Of a stretch of DNA of 64,000 bases, positions 13,724 to 27,389 are shown piece by piece. A program made the position numbers and the translations under genes. How positions within the stretch are numbered: position 1 is the stretch's first letter; every line of letters begins with the position of its first letter. Source of the DNA: Octopus vulgaris (taxonomy: Eukaryota); NCBI GenBank assembly GCA_951406725.2, contig OX597824.1, positions 60,078,001 to 60,142,000 of the forward strand, given 5' to 3'. The notes beneath the pieces are model-generated. The model made no database searches. It was not told where the DNA came from and worked only from the letters and a program-made list of their open reading frames with translations.

Positions 13724-14123
13724 CTGCCAAGAGATATTACGAGTTAGGATTACAAGAACAACAACAGCATCAATAATAATAATAATGTCATAAGATTTGA
13801 ACATTTTAAATAATATCATCAATTTATGAATTTGTAAAGAAGATATTTCTTATAAAATTACCATCTATTAAGTCAATTAATTATAAAAAAGTAACAAAAA
13901 ATTTGGAGGACTTACTAAAAATAATTAATTTGTTATTATTAAACTGGTGTTTGGAATCTAACAAAAAGACACATAAAATTATGAAATAAGGTTTTGATTT
14001 AGACAACATTCATAACCCATTTGTTACCATATTTCTTTTGAAAGACACCGACTGTTTCAATTAATTTTAAAAATAAGAAATTTAGTGAAATATCTTTGTC
14101 ATTAGGTGCAGGTGTGGCTGTAT

Positions 14124-14354
14124 GGAGCTGGCAGAATCGTTAGCACGCTGGGCGAAATGCTTAGCGGTATTTTGTTTGCCGTTACATTCTGAGTTCAAAT
14201 TCTGCCGAGGTCGACTTTGCCTTTCACCCTTTCGGGGTCGATAAATTAAGTACCAGTTACGCACTGGCGTCAATGTAATCGACTTAATTCCTTTTTATGT
14301 TCTTGTTTGTCCCCTCTATGTTTAGCCCCTCATGGGCAATAAAGAAATAAGAAA
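14124..14354 (+). mobile_element. tRNA-derived SINE (family A), nested in a family B SINE
   Basis: Same sequence family as 27390-27608. Other copies at ~7350-7535(-), 25540-25745(-), 31227-31410(-), 32424-32598(+), 40965-41170(-), 42125-42297(-), 56700-56915(-). Confidence 0.85.
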
Positions 14355-15944
14355 CTAGCTTCCTAGCCACATGGTTCTTGGTTCAGTCCCACTGCATGGC
14401 ACCTTGGGCAAATGTCTTCTACTATAGTCCCAGGCTGACCAAAGCCTTGTAAGTAGATTTGGTAGATGGAAACTGAAAGAAGCCTGTTCTATGTGTGTTA
14501 GTTTCTTTGTGTTTGTCCACCACTGCTTGACAACTGGTGCTGGTATGTTTACATCCTTGTAACTTAGTGGTTTGACACAAGAGATTGGCAGTGTAAAAAA
14601 TAAGTACTCATGTCGATACATTTGACTAAAATTCCAAGGCAATACCCAAGGATGGCTGCAGTCAAAAGACACACAAATTAAAGATTATTAAGCAGGTGTT
14701 TGGGACATAATATGAAATGTTGAAGGAAGATTTTAAATTTAAATCACTTTAAAATAGGAAGTTTGATTCATAGCACCAGGGGTGGTCTAAGGTGGATTCA
14801 TATGAAAAGAATTAGAACAGATGGCTTTAATATTAGGAACTCAAAGTAGTCTTGAATATCAAAAAGACTTCAAAAGATTTCAACAAGTCTCAATAATAAA
14901 GTAAGATGATAGCCCCACTCCATGACAACATTATACAGACATTTTATGTCCATTTTCCCAATGCTCTCATCCAACAAAAACACATTAGAAACACACCTTT
15001 CATCCTTTCTCCATTGCTTCTTTCTTGTTTCAAACTAACCTCATTTCTCAAGTTCAGCTCCACCCTGATGAGATTATAAAAGAATGTTATACAGTACTTT
15101 TACAATCACTATTAGAGTCAAGAAGGAAACTCTTATGCAGTAACTTAACCTGCTAGAAATAGCAGCCATACTTGATAATGTGGCCATGGATATACAAAGA
15201 GGCAGAATAGTCATAACTGGAATAACTGAGTATAAGTCTTCATGATCAGAGCTGACTGACCAAGGGTTAAACATCAATAACTCTCACCTATTTCTGTCTT
15301 CTTCCATCCTTCATTTGGTCTTTCCTCTACCCTAAACCTGCCAACCTCAAGGTACTCAACTTTTGCCATTCTCAATAAAATAATACTTGAAACATTGCTT
15401 CTTAATTTCACTTTATATGAGCGAGCATCATCATCATCATCAATATAGTATAACATAAATCAATGAGTGAGCTTCTTACATGATTGAAAAATGTGCTAGA
15501 AATAACATCTACATTTCACTCAAACTGTATCATACTGTCTTGTGTCTCTAAGTGTACTAATGGAAATGCACACTGAGATTTTATGTTCATAAAAAGAAAT
15601 ATAAAAATATTAAAAGAATAGAACAGGATGGTCAAGCTTGGAATACCTACTAGCCCTAGTTCTAGGATACAAACTTCTAGATTTAAAGTTACTGAAATGA
15701 AAACCTTTCATCAAAATTTCATGTTAATTTATGTTCCAAACACCAGATTAATAACGACCAAGTTATTTTACTAAATTCTTCATTGTTTTCAAAATTAATT
15801 GAAATCAAAGAGTATTTCAACAGAAATGCAGTAACAAAAGGGTTAATTATAGGTCGTTGTAGTAGCAGCAGCAATATCACTATCAGCAGTAGCAGAGGCA
15901 GTGGTAACAGCAGTAGTAATGGCAGCAACAACAGCAGCAGAGGG

Positions 15945-16190
15945 AATACAAAGGAGTGATGGAGAAAGAGAGGAGAAATGGAAAGACAAGAAAAGACGTC
16001 AACAAGAAACTATGACACTACAACCAGCCAGGAACAGTCTTCGCTACATTTGCGGTACCTGCCAGAGGGAGTGTTTGTCCAGGATAGGACTACACAGCCA
16101 TAGCAGGAAATGTATCAGGACAGGAAATGTAAAAGCCGGACTGGACTTCCATTGTCTCCCGAGACAAAAAGGATGCCAACAACAATTATA
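15945..16190 (+). mobile_element. RTE/BovB-like LINE 3' end with C2H2 finger
   Basis: YICGTCQRECLSRIGLHSHSRKC followed by a short (CAA)n tail. Confidence 0.65.
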
Positions 16191-16334
16191 GGTCTGCTGA
16201 ATCAGGACTAAACTAGGGTTAAATAACATCATATAACACATGCTTGCTCAATCAGAAGTGATCTACAGTTAGACAACACTGTACAACAGTATAGTGACAA
16301 AAGAAAAGCAAAAAACAAAATGAAACAAACTCAC

Positions 16335-16471
16335 TTGGTCCAATGGAGTGTATCTAAATCAAGGCAATATAAATCATTCATGCGTTTAGAGAGATGTCGG
16401 CCACCAAATACATAGGTTTTATTACCGATACGCGTGGAAGCATGAGCTGCTCGAGGGGATGGCACTTCACC
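16335..16471 (-). CDS. KLHDC2: KLHDC2-like exon 6
   Basis: tctctag| GEVPSPRAAHASTRIGNKTYVFGGRHLSKRMNDLYCLDLDTLHWT(K) |GTGAGT. Resembles human APSPRAAHACATVGNRGFVFGGRYRDARMNDL; phase 0->2. Confidence 0.95.
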
Positions 16472-16600
16472 CTAGAGAAAATAAAAGTGTAATGTCATTA
16501 TTAACTAATGTTCTATCCACAAGTTGGATCACATCAGATGTCCCACAAGAGACTATAAATGAAATATTTCTTAATGCTAAATATTTATGGATAATTTTAG

Positions 16601-16824
16601 TAACCCTTTAGCATTTAAACCAGCCATATCCGGCCAAAATATTCAATCGCTTCTACGTCCAAACCAGTCAGATTTGGCCTCTCACACCTACCCTGTGATG
16701 TCATTCTGATAATAAACAATCACATCATTGAAATCGCAAAGCTACAGGATAATGCATGCTTAATTCAAAACAATTAGAATAAATAAGCATTACATTCGAG
16801 AGAGAAATCTGAATGCTGAAGGGT
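16601..16824 (+). repeat. Second piggyBac-like MITE family
   Basis: taaccctttagcatt ... aatgctgaaggg inverted ends; partial copy at 7256-7350. Confidence 0.55.
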
Positions 16825-17054
16825 GAGTTTTGGGGCAGCTTGTATATTCACAGAGATATAGCATATATAGGCATAGACATGGCTGTGCAGTTAAGTTTAC
16901 ATCCCAATCATCATATTGTTTCAGGTTTAGTCTCACTGTATGTCACCTCAGGCAAGCCTCTCTACTACTATAGCTGCAGCAGACCAAACCCTTGTGAGTG
17001 GATTTAATAGACTGAAATTTGAAGAACCCAGTTGTGCGCGCGCGCGTGTGTGTG

Positions 17055-18130
17055 TGTATTGGGTTATCTCTCTAAAATGTACTCTCCTTCACTTTCTACA
17101 ATGCTCTTCCATCTATCTGGTAGACTCGCAAGGCCCCTCTTCCAAAATTCACTTGTCCATGATGAAAAATATTCCTCCAGTGCCATTTTGACCATGTCTA
17201 CAGAATTCATATATTTTCTGTTCAAATAGTTTTGAAGACAGCAGAATAAATGATAATCAGATGGGGCAATATCTAATGATAATATGGTGGGTGAGGCATC
17301 ATTTCCCATTCAAACTGCTCAAGCCTTTGAAATGTCATCCTCACTGTATGTGGCCAAGCATTATGCTGATGGAAGAACACCTTTCACCTTGGTTTTACTT
17401 CTAGTGTTGACTTAAGCTGCTTCCTTTGTTATCATTTGGTTTGGGTTTAAAAGTTCAAAGTGGACTAAACCTTTCATATCCCATGGGTGAAAACCTTCTT
17501 TAGCCTCGGGTGCTAGTGTTTCTCCTTTCCCTACCCACTGTCTTTGGCACTTGACAATTTTATAGAGAACCCATTTCTTGTCACCAGTCACTATTTGATC
17601 CAAAAAAGTTTCCTTTGTGAGACATGACAGCAAAGAAGAGCACACATTCACTCTCTGCACGCTATTAGACACAGAAAGTCTGTGGGGAACCCATTGACCC
17701 AATTTACAGACTTTTCTGATGGCACACAGGTGTCAATGAATGGTTGAATGACCAAATCCAAGCTTCTATGCGAGTTCAACAGTTACGATGGGATGTTGTT
17801 CTACCAGGGTTTGCAGGATGTCCTTGTTGAGCTCTAAAGATCTTCCAGGACAAGGCTCGTCTTCTAGACTGTAGTTTCCAGCTCAGAATTTCTGCAACAA
17901 CTGATGACACTGGCTTATGCTTATTTTCTGATCCCTATATACTACATTAACACTCCTCGCACTTTCCATTGCGTTGTTGCCTTTATTGAACTCATAAAGC
18001 AAAATATGCCAAATATATTCCTTTGTCACTTCCATTATAGCTTTGAAAAAATAACTGTTAAAATCGAACTGCACTCTTCAAAACTTGCACTAAGAATAAG
18101 TACAAAGTAAAATTACTACCTGCTTTTATA
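17055..18130 (-). mobile_element. Mariner transposase pseudogene
   Basis: Broken ORFs: MEVTKEYIWHILLYEFNKG (HTH), WVPHRL, IVTGDKKWVLY, HQHNAWPH, SLDIAPSDYHLF. These are mariner DD34D motifs. Confidence 0.9.
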
Positions 18131-19620
18131 GCTGTCTTTGTGTTCCAATGACTTAATTCTTAAGGCTGAAAATGTTGAAGGTTTTCAAAACAAATTTAAA
18201 AAACAAGTTAGTAAACCTAGAATTGAGAGGCCTCGAAGTATACCTAGCAAAGATCAAAAAATTTTGATTAGCAAGAAAACAGAACTTGACTGGGAAGTGG
18301 CCAATATGTTAGTAGGAATTCTATATAGTGTGCATAATGTAAATTATGGGTGCACAAAAGGTGCACCTAAGACCATTGGCAGAATGACAAGGAAGATACA
18401 CAAAACAGCTGGCAATAAGAACATGGGAGGTTTCATAGAAGTAATTGAAAGCTTCTTTTGTCAAGATGACCAATAATGGAGATAAGTAATTTGAAAACAG
18501 AATAGCCAAAATAAGATTAGGATGGGAAAAAAATCAAGGGAGCTTTTACTTCGGCTGGTAACAAAGGGATTCTATCTGAGTTAAGATTGGATTGTATGAT
18601 GTTTATGTATGAAGTATTATTTTGTATGGTAATGAAACAGGAACACTGAATGTACTGGATGTGCAGAAAATGAGGCAAGCATGCCCTGCTGGATGTGTAA
18701 TGTTAGAGTACATGAACAAGAGAGCACAAATGATCTGAGGGAAAAACTGAGTATAAAATGAAAAGTAGTGTGGACATGTGATGTGTATGGAGGGGGATCA
18801 CAGGGTAAAGAAGTACCAAGGGTTCAAATGAAAGTGACCTGTGGGAGAGGAAGACAAGGAAAAACTGGTGAAAGTGTGGAAAAACAGACATAAAAATGAT
18901 AGTAATTTACATGTCTTTAAGGGTTTAATCAAGGGGAAGGGCCAGCTCCTATGATTTTTTTTTCTCTGAGTATGGAGAGACTGATGCAGTTTATGTTCAA
19001 CATAAACAACTGCAGGTAAAACTGGGTGGAAGTGCAGAAATTACAGAGTATTGACATTCATTAAGGTAAAGACTGGGCAAATAAAAAGTGATTAGTGTGG
19101 GATCTGCGAGGGTCAATAATATGAGATACAGGGGTATCTAGAGCAGAGAAACAAGTGTGCCAGATGGGTTCTTTGAGTGAGGTGGGAGCTAGTTCAGAGA
19201 GTAGAAGCTATTGTAGTAAATATAAAATAGTCTAAAAGACACAGCACATTTGTTGGGGAAAGAGTCTTTGTTAATCAATCTGAATGCTAAAGGACTAAAG
19301 CTCTAGGGGTGAGCTGAAAAGATGTCACATTCATGTTTTGCTCAGAAGTAATACTAAACTAAGTCATACAAATGAAAAGCTAGCCAAGATATAAAACCCC
19401 ACAGGGAGTAATGTAGTAGAAATTTAAAATATTAGGAAATGTGTAAAAAATATAAATGTATATATTAATCGAAGTATTATATATCCATCACGGCCGATCT
19501 TACCAATCGGTTTTGCACTAGGGTTTCAACAGAGTATTAGGTAACAGTCCGATTATGTAACCCTGTGCTCATCAGAGGTAACTGTTATGTAATGAAATAT
19601 GGCAATATATATATACTTAC

Positions 19621-19698
19621 AGTGCATTTTGGATTTGACCAACGATGTAGGTCACAGTCAAATATCAGGAGTTGGTTGTTCCAGCCACGAGGGTAAGA
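19621..19698 (-). CDS. KLHDC2: KLHDC2-like exon 5
   Basis: ttcaacag| SYPRGWNNQLLIFDCDLHRWSNPKCT |GTAAGT. Resembles human HPRGWNDHVHILDTETFTWSQP; phase 0->0. Confidence 0.92.
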
Positions 19699-21207
19699 CT
19701 GTTGAAAAATAAAGAAATATAGCAAATATATAGGTACTTATGCGTTGCACGTACAGACAGATACATAACATGCATATGTGTGTGTGTGTGTGAGAAAGGC
19801 AATGGACATGAAAAGAAAGAAGACAATATAAGTGGGACAAGTTTTAACAAATGTATTAATTTAACACTTAAAAAGAAAGTCTTGAAATTTAGAATCTTAG
19901 TCTTTCATCAGAAGATAGAGAAGAAAATTAAAGAGGAGAGGAAATGAGAAAATGTGTTTGGAGTGAGGGTTGAAACACAGCAGGTTAGGGGTCAGGTGGG
20001 AATACAGTTCTGTGGTGGGAGCTGGAAAGCAAAATGGTGTGGGGTGCATGCATGTATAGGAGTGTATCCATTACACTGCAATGGGATCAGGGTGAGGTGT
20101 GTATAGGAATTCAGGTATGGCAGAATGGGATAGTGAGAGTAAAGGAGGTTGATGCGCAGGTAAAATCATACCATGTGCATGAGGAAGGTATGGTGATTAC
20201 ATAACCAGTGCAAGGTCTGTGTTTTCAAAGGGTCTAAAAGCAAGATCCATTCCTAATTGTATTGCCTTTTATTTTAGAAAAATTTACATTAGGTGATGTT
20301 ATTGGAGTTATCTCCTTTTATATATATTATCATTAATATATTAGTTAGACATGGCCTGGGCCTATACTGGCCGAAACTTATCAAAGTTATATACACACAC
20401 TATTCCTAATGCTGCTATGAATCTCACTGCCAAGATAAGTGAAGCGATCAACATCTTTGACATTCTCACCTACAACAGAAACAGACAAAGTGGAGTCCTC
20501 CAAGAACATAAAACTGGATCTTTATCTTGACCCAACTATTGCTTTTAGCAGTTGGATGCTATTTTTAGCAAATTAAGAGACCAGAAGCAAGTACCTTTGT
20601 AGGTTGGAATCTACAAAGTTTTAGAGACTTCTTAATATATTGTCAATGTCCCTGCTCACATAATAATGACCCATGGTGGATATGCAGTTATGTAAATGAT
20701 GATACATGGTGGATTACATACATGCCTCCTCTCTGTTTTCCATTATTACTATAGTGGCCTCTGCATCTCAAAACTAGCTGGTCTTGTGTGTTCTCTACTC
20801 AGATATTCCCAATTCACTCACCTCTCCTCTCATCTCATCACTCATCTTAGTTCCAGCCCAAACCAACTCTACTAAACACATTCTAATCACTAAACAGAAC
20901 CCTTTTCCTTTGGGATGTCAGATCTTTGTATTTCCCATCCTGAATGTTTTTTTCCTTCTCTTTTGTCTGCAACTGCTCAAGACAAATTTTAACCATGTTA
21001 ACCTCACCTGTTCCAGAGGGCCTGCAAAAGCCATGGGAACAGCACTTTCTTGAAACTAATCTGATAAAAAAACATACTATTGTGTGGTTCTTTAGTTGGA
21101 AGTCATGCTGGAGCATTACAAAAGTCTATGAAGAATTCTCTAAAACCAATTGAAATATTAAAATGTGTTATGTGAGAACATAAGAAGAGTAAAAGCTAGA
21201 TACAAAC

Positions 21208-21295
21208 CATATCACTGCTGACGTCTTCAACATATTCACCACTGTCACATAAGAAGTCAGTTATGTCAGGACCGTGCCCTCCAAAACAATAAAGC
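21208..21295 (-). CDS. KLHDC2: KLHDC2-like exon 4
   Basis: ttgtag| LYCFGGHGPDITDFLCDSGEYVEDVSSDM |GTTTGT. Resembles human LIFFGGYG...GTFEFDE; phase 2->0. Confidence 0.88.
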
Positions 21296-21608
21296 CTACA
21301 ATCAAATTGGACATAAAAATTACATTACTAAGGACATACATTCAGCTCATAAAACACGTAATTATCTGTGCATGTTCACACACACATCATTATCATCATT
21401 GTGTAACTCACACGTTTCTATGCTTACTCAGGCCAGACAGAATTCGTTGAGGCAGATTTTTCTATAGCCAGATGCCCTTCCTGTTGCCAAGTAAGTTAAT
21501 ATATTCCATGTTTTTCATGGAAAACTGGAAACAACATTGCTTGTATGATGATGCTTATTTACAATCATCACATACACACACATATATGTATGTGTGTGTG
21601 TGTTTGTG

Positions 21609-21643
<35 letters not shown>

Positions 21644-22316
21644 TACTTAATGTAGAGACATCATGAAAATCCATATTAAGTGTAATATTCATCCTAAGAA
21701 GGTATCTCTTGTGGATGTACAATGTTAAAAACGCAAAAATATATTGATTACAGATGAAAATTGTCCAGCAGTTTTGGTGGCATGGCTAAATGTTCATTTC
21801 TGCCTCTTTGGGGCTCCATCAGTAGCAAGTATCCATTGGCAACCACATGCTAAGACAAAATCTATTGCCACTGATATAGGAAAACTAATTGAAAAAAAAA
21901 ATCACTGATGTTGCGATAGATTAGCTTAAAATAGCAGTCTGTGTATCATACTTAATGCAGATATCTCATGGAAAGCTAGATTAACTGCAGTATTTACATG
22001 TTGCACAGATAGCTATTTTAAACTAATACTGCTTCTCTGGCATATAGTAATTCATTTATTTATGTATGTATATATATATATATATATAGACACATCATCA
22101 TCAATTAACAATCACTTTCCATGCTAACATGAACAGGATAATCCAACAGAATCTGAGTTGTAGGACTGCATTATACTCCATTTTGGTGTGGTTTTGGTGT
22201 GGTTTCTACAAGATGTCCTTTCTAATGCAAACCACTTTACAAACAATACAGTTAACACATATAGTGGTACATAAGGTTGGGAAGCAAACGTCTGATTCAC
22301 AAAACCATACTAGTGA

Positions 22317-22351
<35 letters not shown>

Positions 22352-22352
<1 letters not shown>

Positions 22353-22560
22353 GGGAGAGATTACGAAAAAAACAAAAGACGAAGACAGGTGGTGTACAAA
22401 ACAAACAGATGTATTAGTATAACGCTCGGGAATAGAAAAAGTCTTTTACGTTTCGAGCCTACGCTCTTCTACAGAAAGGGACACAGAAAAAACAAGGAGA
22501 GAAAAAAATGTGTGTAGTAGCTAACGATCTATCATAGCAACTAGTGCCAGACAGATGTAT
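22352..22560 (-). mobile_element. Short (TA)n-associated element with hammerhead-like core (Penelope pLTR-like); copies at 53770-53960 and 62640-62830
   Basis: Near-identical ~190-bp sequence at three positions, each adjacent to (TA)n. Minus strand cttt-CTGTAGA-a-GAGC gtag GCTC-GAAAC-GTA-aaag. Confidence 0.65.
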
Positions 22561-22729
22561 AAATATAGTGATTGTTTTCCTTATATACAACTCAAGTTTA
22601 GAACAAACTGTGTATTCTGATAACCATTTTCTTTTTAATTACCTGCCCTAGATTATTTACAAGACACAGCAAAAAGATATAAATATAGACATGTTTTTAC
22701 ATGGATTTCACAGCCACAGACATACTTAC

Positions 22730-22957
22730 TTATTTTTGTACACCCATGAAGAATGTTTATCCCTTGGACTGGGTAACGGCCCTTCATAATTGGACAGTAG
22801 TTTTTTCCACTCCATAGTTTTAATGTTTAAACAGTATATAGAGTTAGTGTTTCCTTGTTTAGTGTGACCGCCATGAACGTATAACTTGTCATCTATCAGT
22901 TGAGCAATTGAACCAGAACGAGCTAAGGGTATTTCACACGTTGTTTCATAAGAGTAC
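22730..22957 (-). CDS. KLHDC2: KLHDC2-like exon 3
   Basis: tctcag| YSYETTCEIPLARSGSIAQLIDDKLYVHGGHTKQGNTNSIYCLNIKTMEWKKLLSNYEGPLPSPRDKHSSWVYKN(K) |GTAAGT. Kelch GG motif; phase 2->2. Confidence 0.93.
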
Positions 22958-24339
22958 CTGAGATAATAAAAAGAAAAACAATCAAATCAAATGAAAATAT
23001 TTGGAATAACTAGCAGTAAAACAGACTTTCTGATTGTTGAGCGGTAGAGTAACTGAATGCAAAACATTCTCTAATGTAATAATTCACTCTGAGCTGGGGC
23101 GAAACTAAACAAAGGTAAACAATTGCTAGTAACTCTTAAAAGGGGAGGAAGGGATACAACTGTGAAAATGTTTCAATTTATTCAACCTCATTAACATATA
23201 TTAGCCTATGTTGATCAAAGACATTTACATACATAAAAAAAAAAATTACAAATAATTTTTGGCTAGTATACTTTGCATAGTTGCATAGTTGCATAAAGCT
23301 GCATGCACACACACACACACCTTTTATGTTTTTACTTGTTTTAGTCACTAAACTGTGGTAATGCTCAAGCACTGCCTTTAGGGATATAGTTCATTACATA
23401 GCCCCATTATGTATTTTACTGGTCCAGATAAAATAAAAGGTAAGGTAGATCTGAGCAGAATTTGCATTTAGGATATAAAGGAAAGAAACCAAACATCTCA
23501 AGGTATTTTTTGTCTAGCAACCTAGTAATTCTGCCATCCAGCCATCTGTTATACATACTTGCATCTAGACAAACACACACACAATATTCGAAATCAAATT
23601 CGATGACTGGCATCCGTGCTAGTGAAGCACTAAAAGCACCATCTGAGTGTGATCGTTGCCAGAGCAGCTGACTGGCTTTCGTGCTGGTGGCACGTAAAAA
23701 GCACCATTCGAGTGTGATTGATACCAGCGTCACCTTACTGGCACTTGTGCCAGTGGCATGTGAAAAAACATTCAGGCGAGGTCGTTGCCAGTGCCTCTGG
23801 ACTGGCTGCTGTGCAGGTGACATCTTAAAGGCACCCATGCCGGTGACACGTTAAAGGTGGCCATGCCGTTGACACATTAAATGCATATTAGCTGGTGACA
23901 TGTTAAATGCACTTGGTACACTCTGTGGAGTTGCTGGTGTTAGGAAGGGTGTCCAGCTGTAGAAACCAAGCCAACACAGACTAGAACCTGATACAGCTCC
24001 TTGGTTTACCAGTTACAGTCAAACCATGAATCCATGCCAGCATGGAAAATGGACGCTAAATGATGATGATAATGAAAGGAATGTTCAGTGGAAAATAAAG
24101 TAAGAATGGATGATATTGAGAATGAGAGATGGGTGACAAAAGAAAGTCATTCCAAGAAGTTAACTGGATGAAATATGTACAGTTCTGCTCTCATATAATT
24201 GCAGCAGCTGAGTAGGTAATGATTTAGTTAGAAAAGCGATGGAAGGATGGAAGTTAGGAAGATGGGGGAAGGCTTAATAGGGATAGACTGCGTGTAGGAA
24301 CATAGATATAAACAATATGCTTTTAGGATTTTACTTTTG

Positions 24340-24830
24340 CCACGAGGGTTTTTAGAGCACAGCAAATCACTAATAATCTTGGTCCTTTGAGGCTCAGCAT
24401 CCTGAAGTTGGTTTTGGCTATTTTGTCCAACTTCTTCCTAGGTTTCCCTGTTCCACAGAGTTCATCCATATTTCACGATGAGCACTTTTTTATACAATTG
24501 TCCTGATCTATATGTATTATATGACCCTACCAGTGCAATCTTCTCTTCTGTGCACCACATCTGAATCTTCTTATACTAATTTTTCTCTTAATGCATATTG
24601 CACTGTTGAACATGCACACTGATGTTGCACATCCAGTGCAGCATGCTAGATTCAGTTCTTTTGAGTCTTTGCATCTCCTCTGCATTCAGGGGATATGTTT
24701 CACTATCATGCAGCATTGCAGTTTGTACACAAGCATCATACACTCTGACTTTTACTCTGAAGGAGAGAGGTCTTTTGTTACTAGCAGGGATAATAGCTTT
24801 CTGCACTTTTTTCTGTTAGTTCATATTCTA
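24340..24830 (-). mobile_element. RTE-clade LINE fragment
   Basis: LSFRVKVRVYDACVQTAMLHDSETYPLNAEEMQRLKRTESSMLHWMCNISVH. Confidence 0.8.
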
Positions 24831-26134
24831 GAACTATATCACTATTTTACATCCATTCCTCCTTGTTGTCACAGTTGGGATGGTCTAGTTGCTGAACTTG
24901 TTATTTCTTCAATTCAACAATATCCTTCTCAGTGAAGTAAGATACATTTGTTTGTATGTTCAGTCAAGAAAAAGGAGTAAGCAGTAAGAAGGTTTTATGA
25001 TCATATGTCAATATTTCACACCTTAACATCACAACTATTATACATATTTTATGAGAGACATACATGTAATATTGTCCAATGGTGACCATCTTCATTTGTG
25101 AATCCTTTCTTTGATGCACAGTTCCCCTCACAGACAGGGTCAGAGAGTTCAGATATTCCTCTAAGTGTATGCCTCCTTGCTCACTTCCCTTGGTAGCTCT
25201 AAGTGTGGTTTCTCCTGTTTTCCTCCAAGAGTGAAAACACTAATGTGAATGGCAGATAGCAACACCTTCCTCTTCTGAATGATTGATGACATTCTCTTCA
25301 GCTGATCTCTGAATGACTACTTCAGTTATGTACCCAGGTATGACTATGGTATTACTAGCTGTAGTGGATACTACAGGGAAGACACAAGTCAAACACACAC
25401 ATACATCTGAGCCATCTCAGTTGATGCTATATAGTGTGGCTTCAATGTTACTGGTGTCAGTTCAATGGAGAATTTCTGTGTATAATCTCTATCTTGCTTC
25501 GTGGCAGAAAGGATTGTCTGGAGATACTGAAGATTAATTTCAAATTTTGGCACAAAGCCAGCAATTTCAGGGGAGAGTTAAGTTGATTATATTGACTCCA
25601 GTGTTCAACAGCTATTTATTTTATTGACCCCAAAAGGATGAAAGGCAAAGTTGACCTCAGCAAAATTTGAGCTCAGAAAGTAAGGCTGGATAAAATACCA
25701 CTAAGCATTTACCCAGTACCCAAATGATTCTGCCAACTTGTGGCCTTGGAAACATTGAATATTAAAGGCTTCCAAAAAACTTTAAAGTGGCAGAAATATA
25801 TAGTCTGCATCTCATAGTATGCAGGAAAATTGAAACACAAACTAGTTGTTAGCTGTTTAGCTGAAAACCTTAGTAAGGAATGTGAGATGGCAGCTTAAAA
25901 AAGCTATTCTTTCTAAGTCTTCTGAAGTAAACAGAGACCTATTTGATGGCATGTAAAATCATTCTCCTTCTTCAGGATGCAGCTGCTTGAAATGAAGCAG
26001 CATTGGTACCTGAAATGGAAGGATATTATTAGTTGACACTGCCATACTGAGAAACCTGGTCAGTGAAGAAGAGTCCAGCAATAAACATTTACAACAATAA
26101 TAACACAAATAACACACAGAAAAAGAATACATAC

Positions 26135-26199
26135 CATCTGTTTAGGATTGTGTCATACATCCATATTTCATTTGACTTGCAGTATTGTTCGCTATTATA
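26135..26199 (-). CDS. KLHDC2: KLHDC2-like exon 2
   Basis: tttacag| YNSEQYCKSNEIWMYDTILNR(W) |GTATGT. Resembles human EELWIYNMETGRW; phase 0->2. Confidence 0.88.
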
Positions 26200-27389
26200 C
26201 TGTAAATACAAATGTTTCAACTGTAATTTCAATGTTTAAATGTAATCTTTGATTATATGGTTCAGTTGTAGCCGAATTGTATAATCTGTTTATAGAACAT
26301 ATGGGAAGTGATGCAGATACGATGATTTACTGTTAAGGAGAGATTGCATATGAATAATGGTGTATGTTTTGAATATTGCAAATGTGTACATACATGTAGT
26401 TTCAAAATGACAGATGAACAAAATTATGAATGTTTTGAATTGGGGGTAAAATATAGGAAAGTATATTGGACTAATGCACTTGAATGAACTAACATAATTA
26501 TCATAGACTCAAAGAGAGACTTCTGCCAGGAATAGCAGTCAAATGTTATACACACTATACACTACTACTTAAAAAAAAATTTTTTTAAATACATTGAATA
26601 GTGTTGCCCAAAATTAAAAAGATTGTTAGCAGGATAGTCATGGCTGGATTACATTTGATCAAATGTATGTTCTTATCAGGATTAACATTGGGCTAAACAA
26701 CAGTAACATAGAAGATGTAATAAGACAAGCAGAGGTAATTAAGGGCGTAATGAGATTACAGCAGTAATTAATTAAGAACAAATTTTAGAACAGGGAAATA
26801 CAAAGACAAAAATTTTATTTTTTTAGCATTATAGTTGGCGGGGTGGGGGAAAGAACTGCACCTATGATTGTAAATTTTTTCAGGGCCTCTAAGATTGAGC
26901 TTTCAACCCATACCAGCATGGAAAGTGGGCATATACACACATAGACATATGTAAGTATGTATTTATAGGTAAATATAGATTTATACCAGTGGTTCCTAAA
27001 GTGGGCAGTACTGCTCCTCTGACGGTGGTGGAAAGATCCAGCAGGTGCCGAAGAAAAGTGGGGGCAATGGATGTAAAGAAAAACAAAATAATGGGTTAAT
27101 TAGGTTCAGTTCTATTTGTGAAATACAGTTGTTTTGAATTTGATGCAGAAAGTGGTCTTTGTGGTGGTCAGTGAGGGTGGGGGCACTAGTAATGTTGCCT
27201 GGATGGCAGTCCGAAAAATAGCTTTATATTTGTATGAACATGTACGTCAATAGCTTCTCACTACTCTAGCACATTTATCACTCACCTGAGTGTCTGTCGT
27301 CTGTATCTCTTTTGTCCCTGCCTTTATCACTCTCACCCCCATTCAATTAGTTTCCACTTTCACATCTTTACAGAACTATACGACTGATA

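Noticed and set aside
20359-20388. GGCC-tatact-GGCC-GAAACTT..AAGTT half-hammerhead
   Set aside because: The CUGANGA half is missing, so it is not called as a ribozyme.
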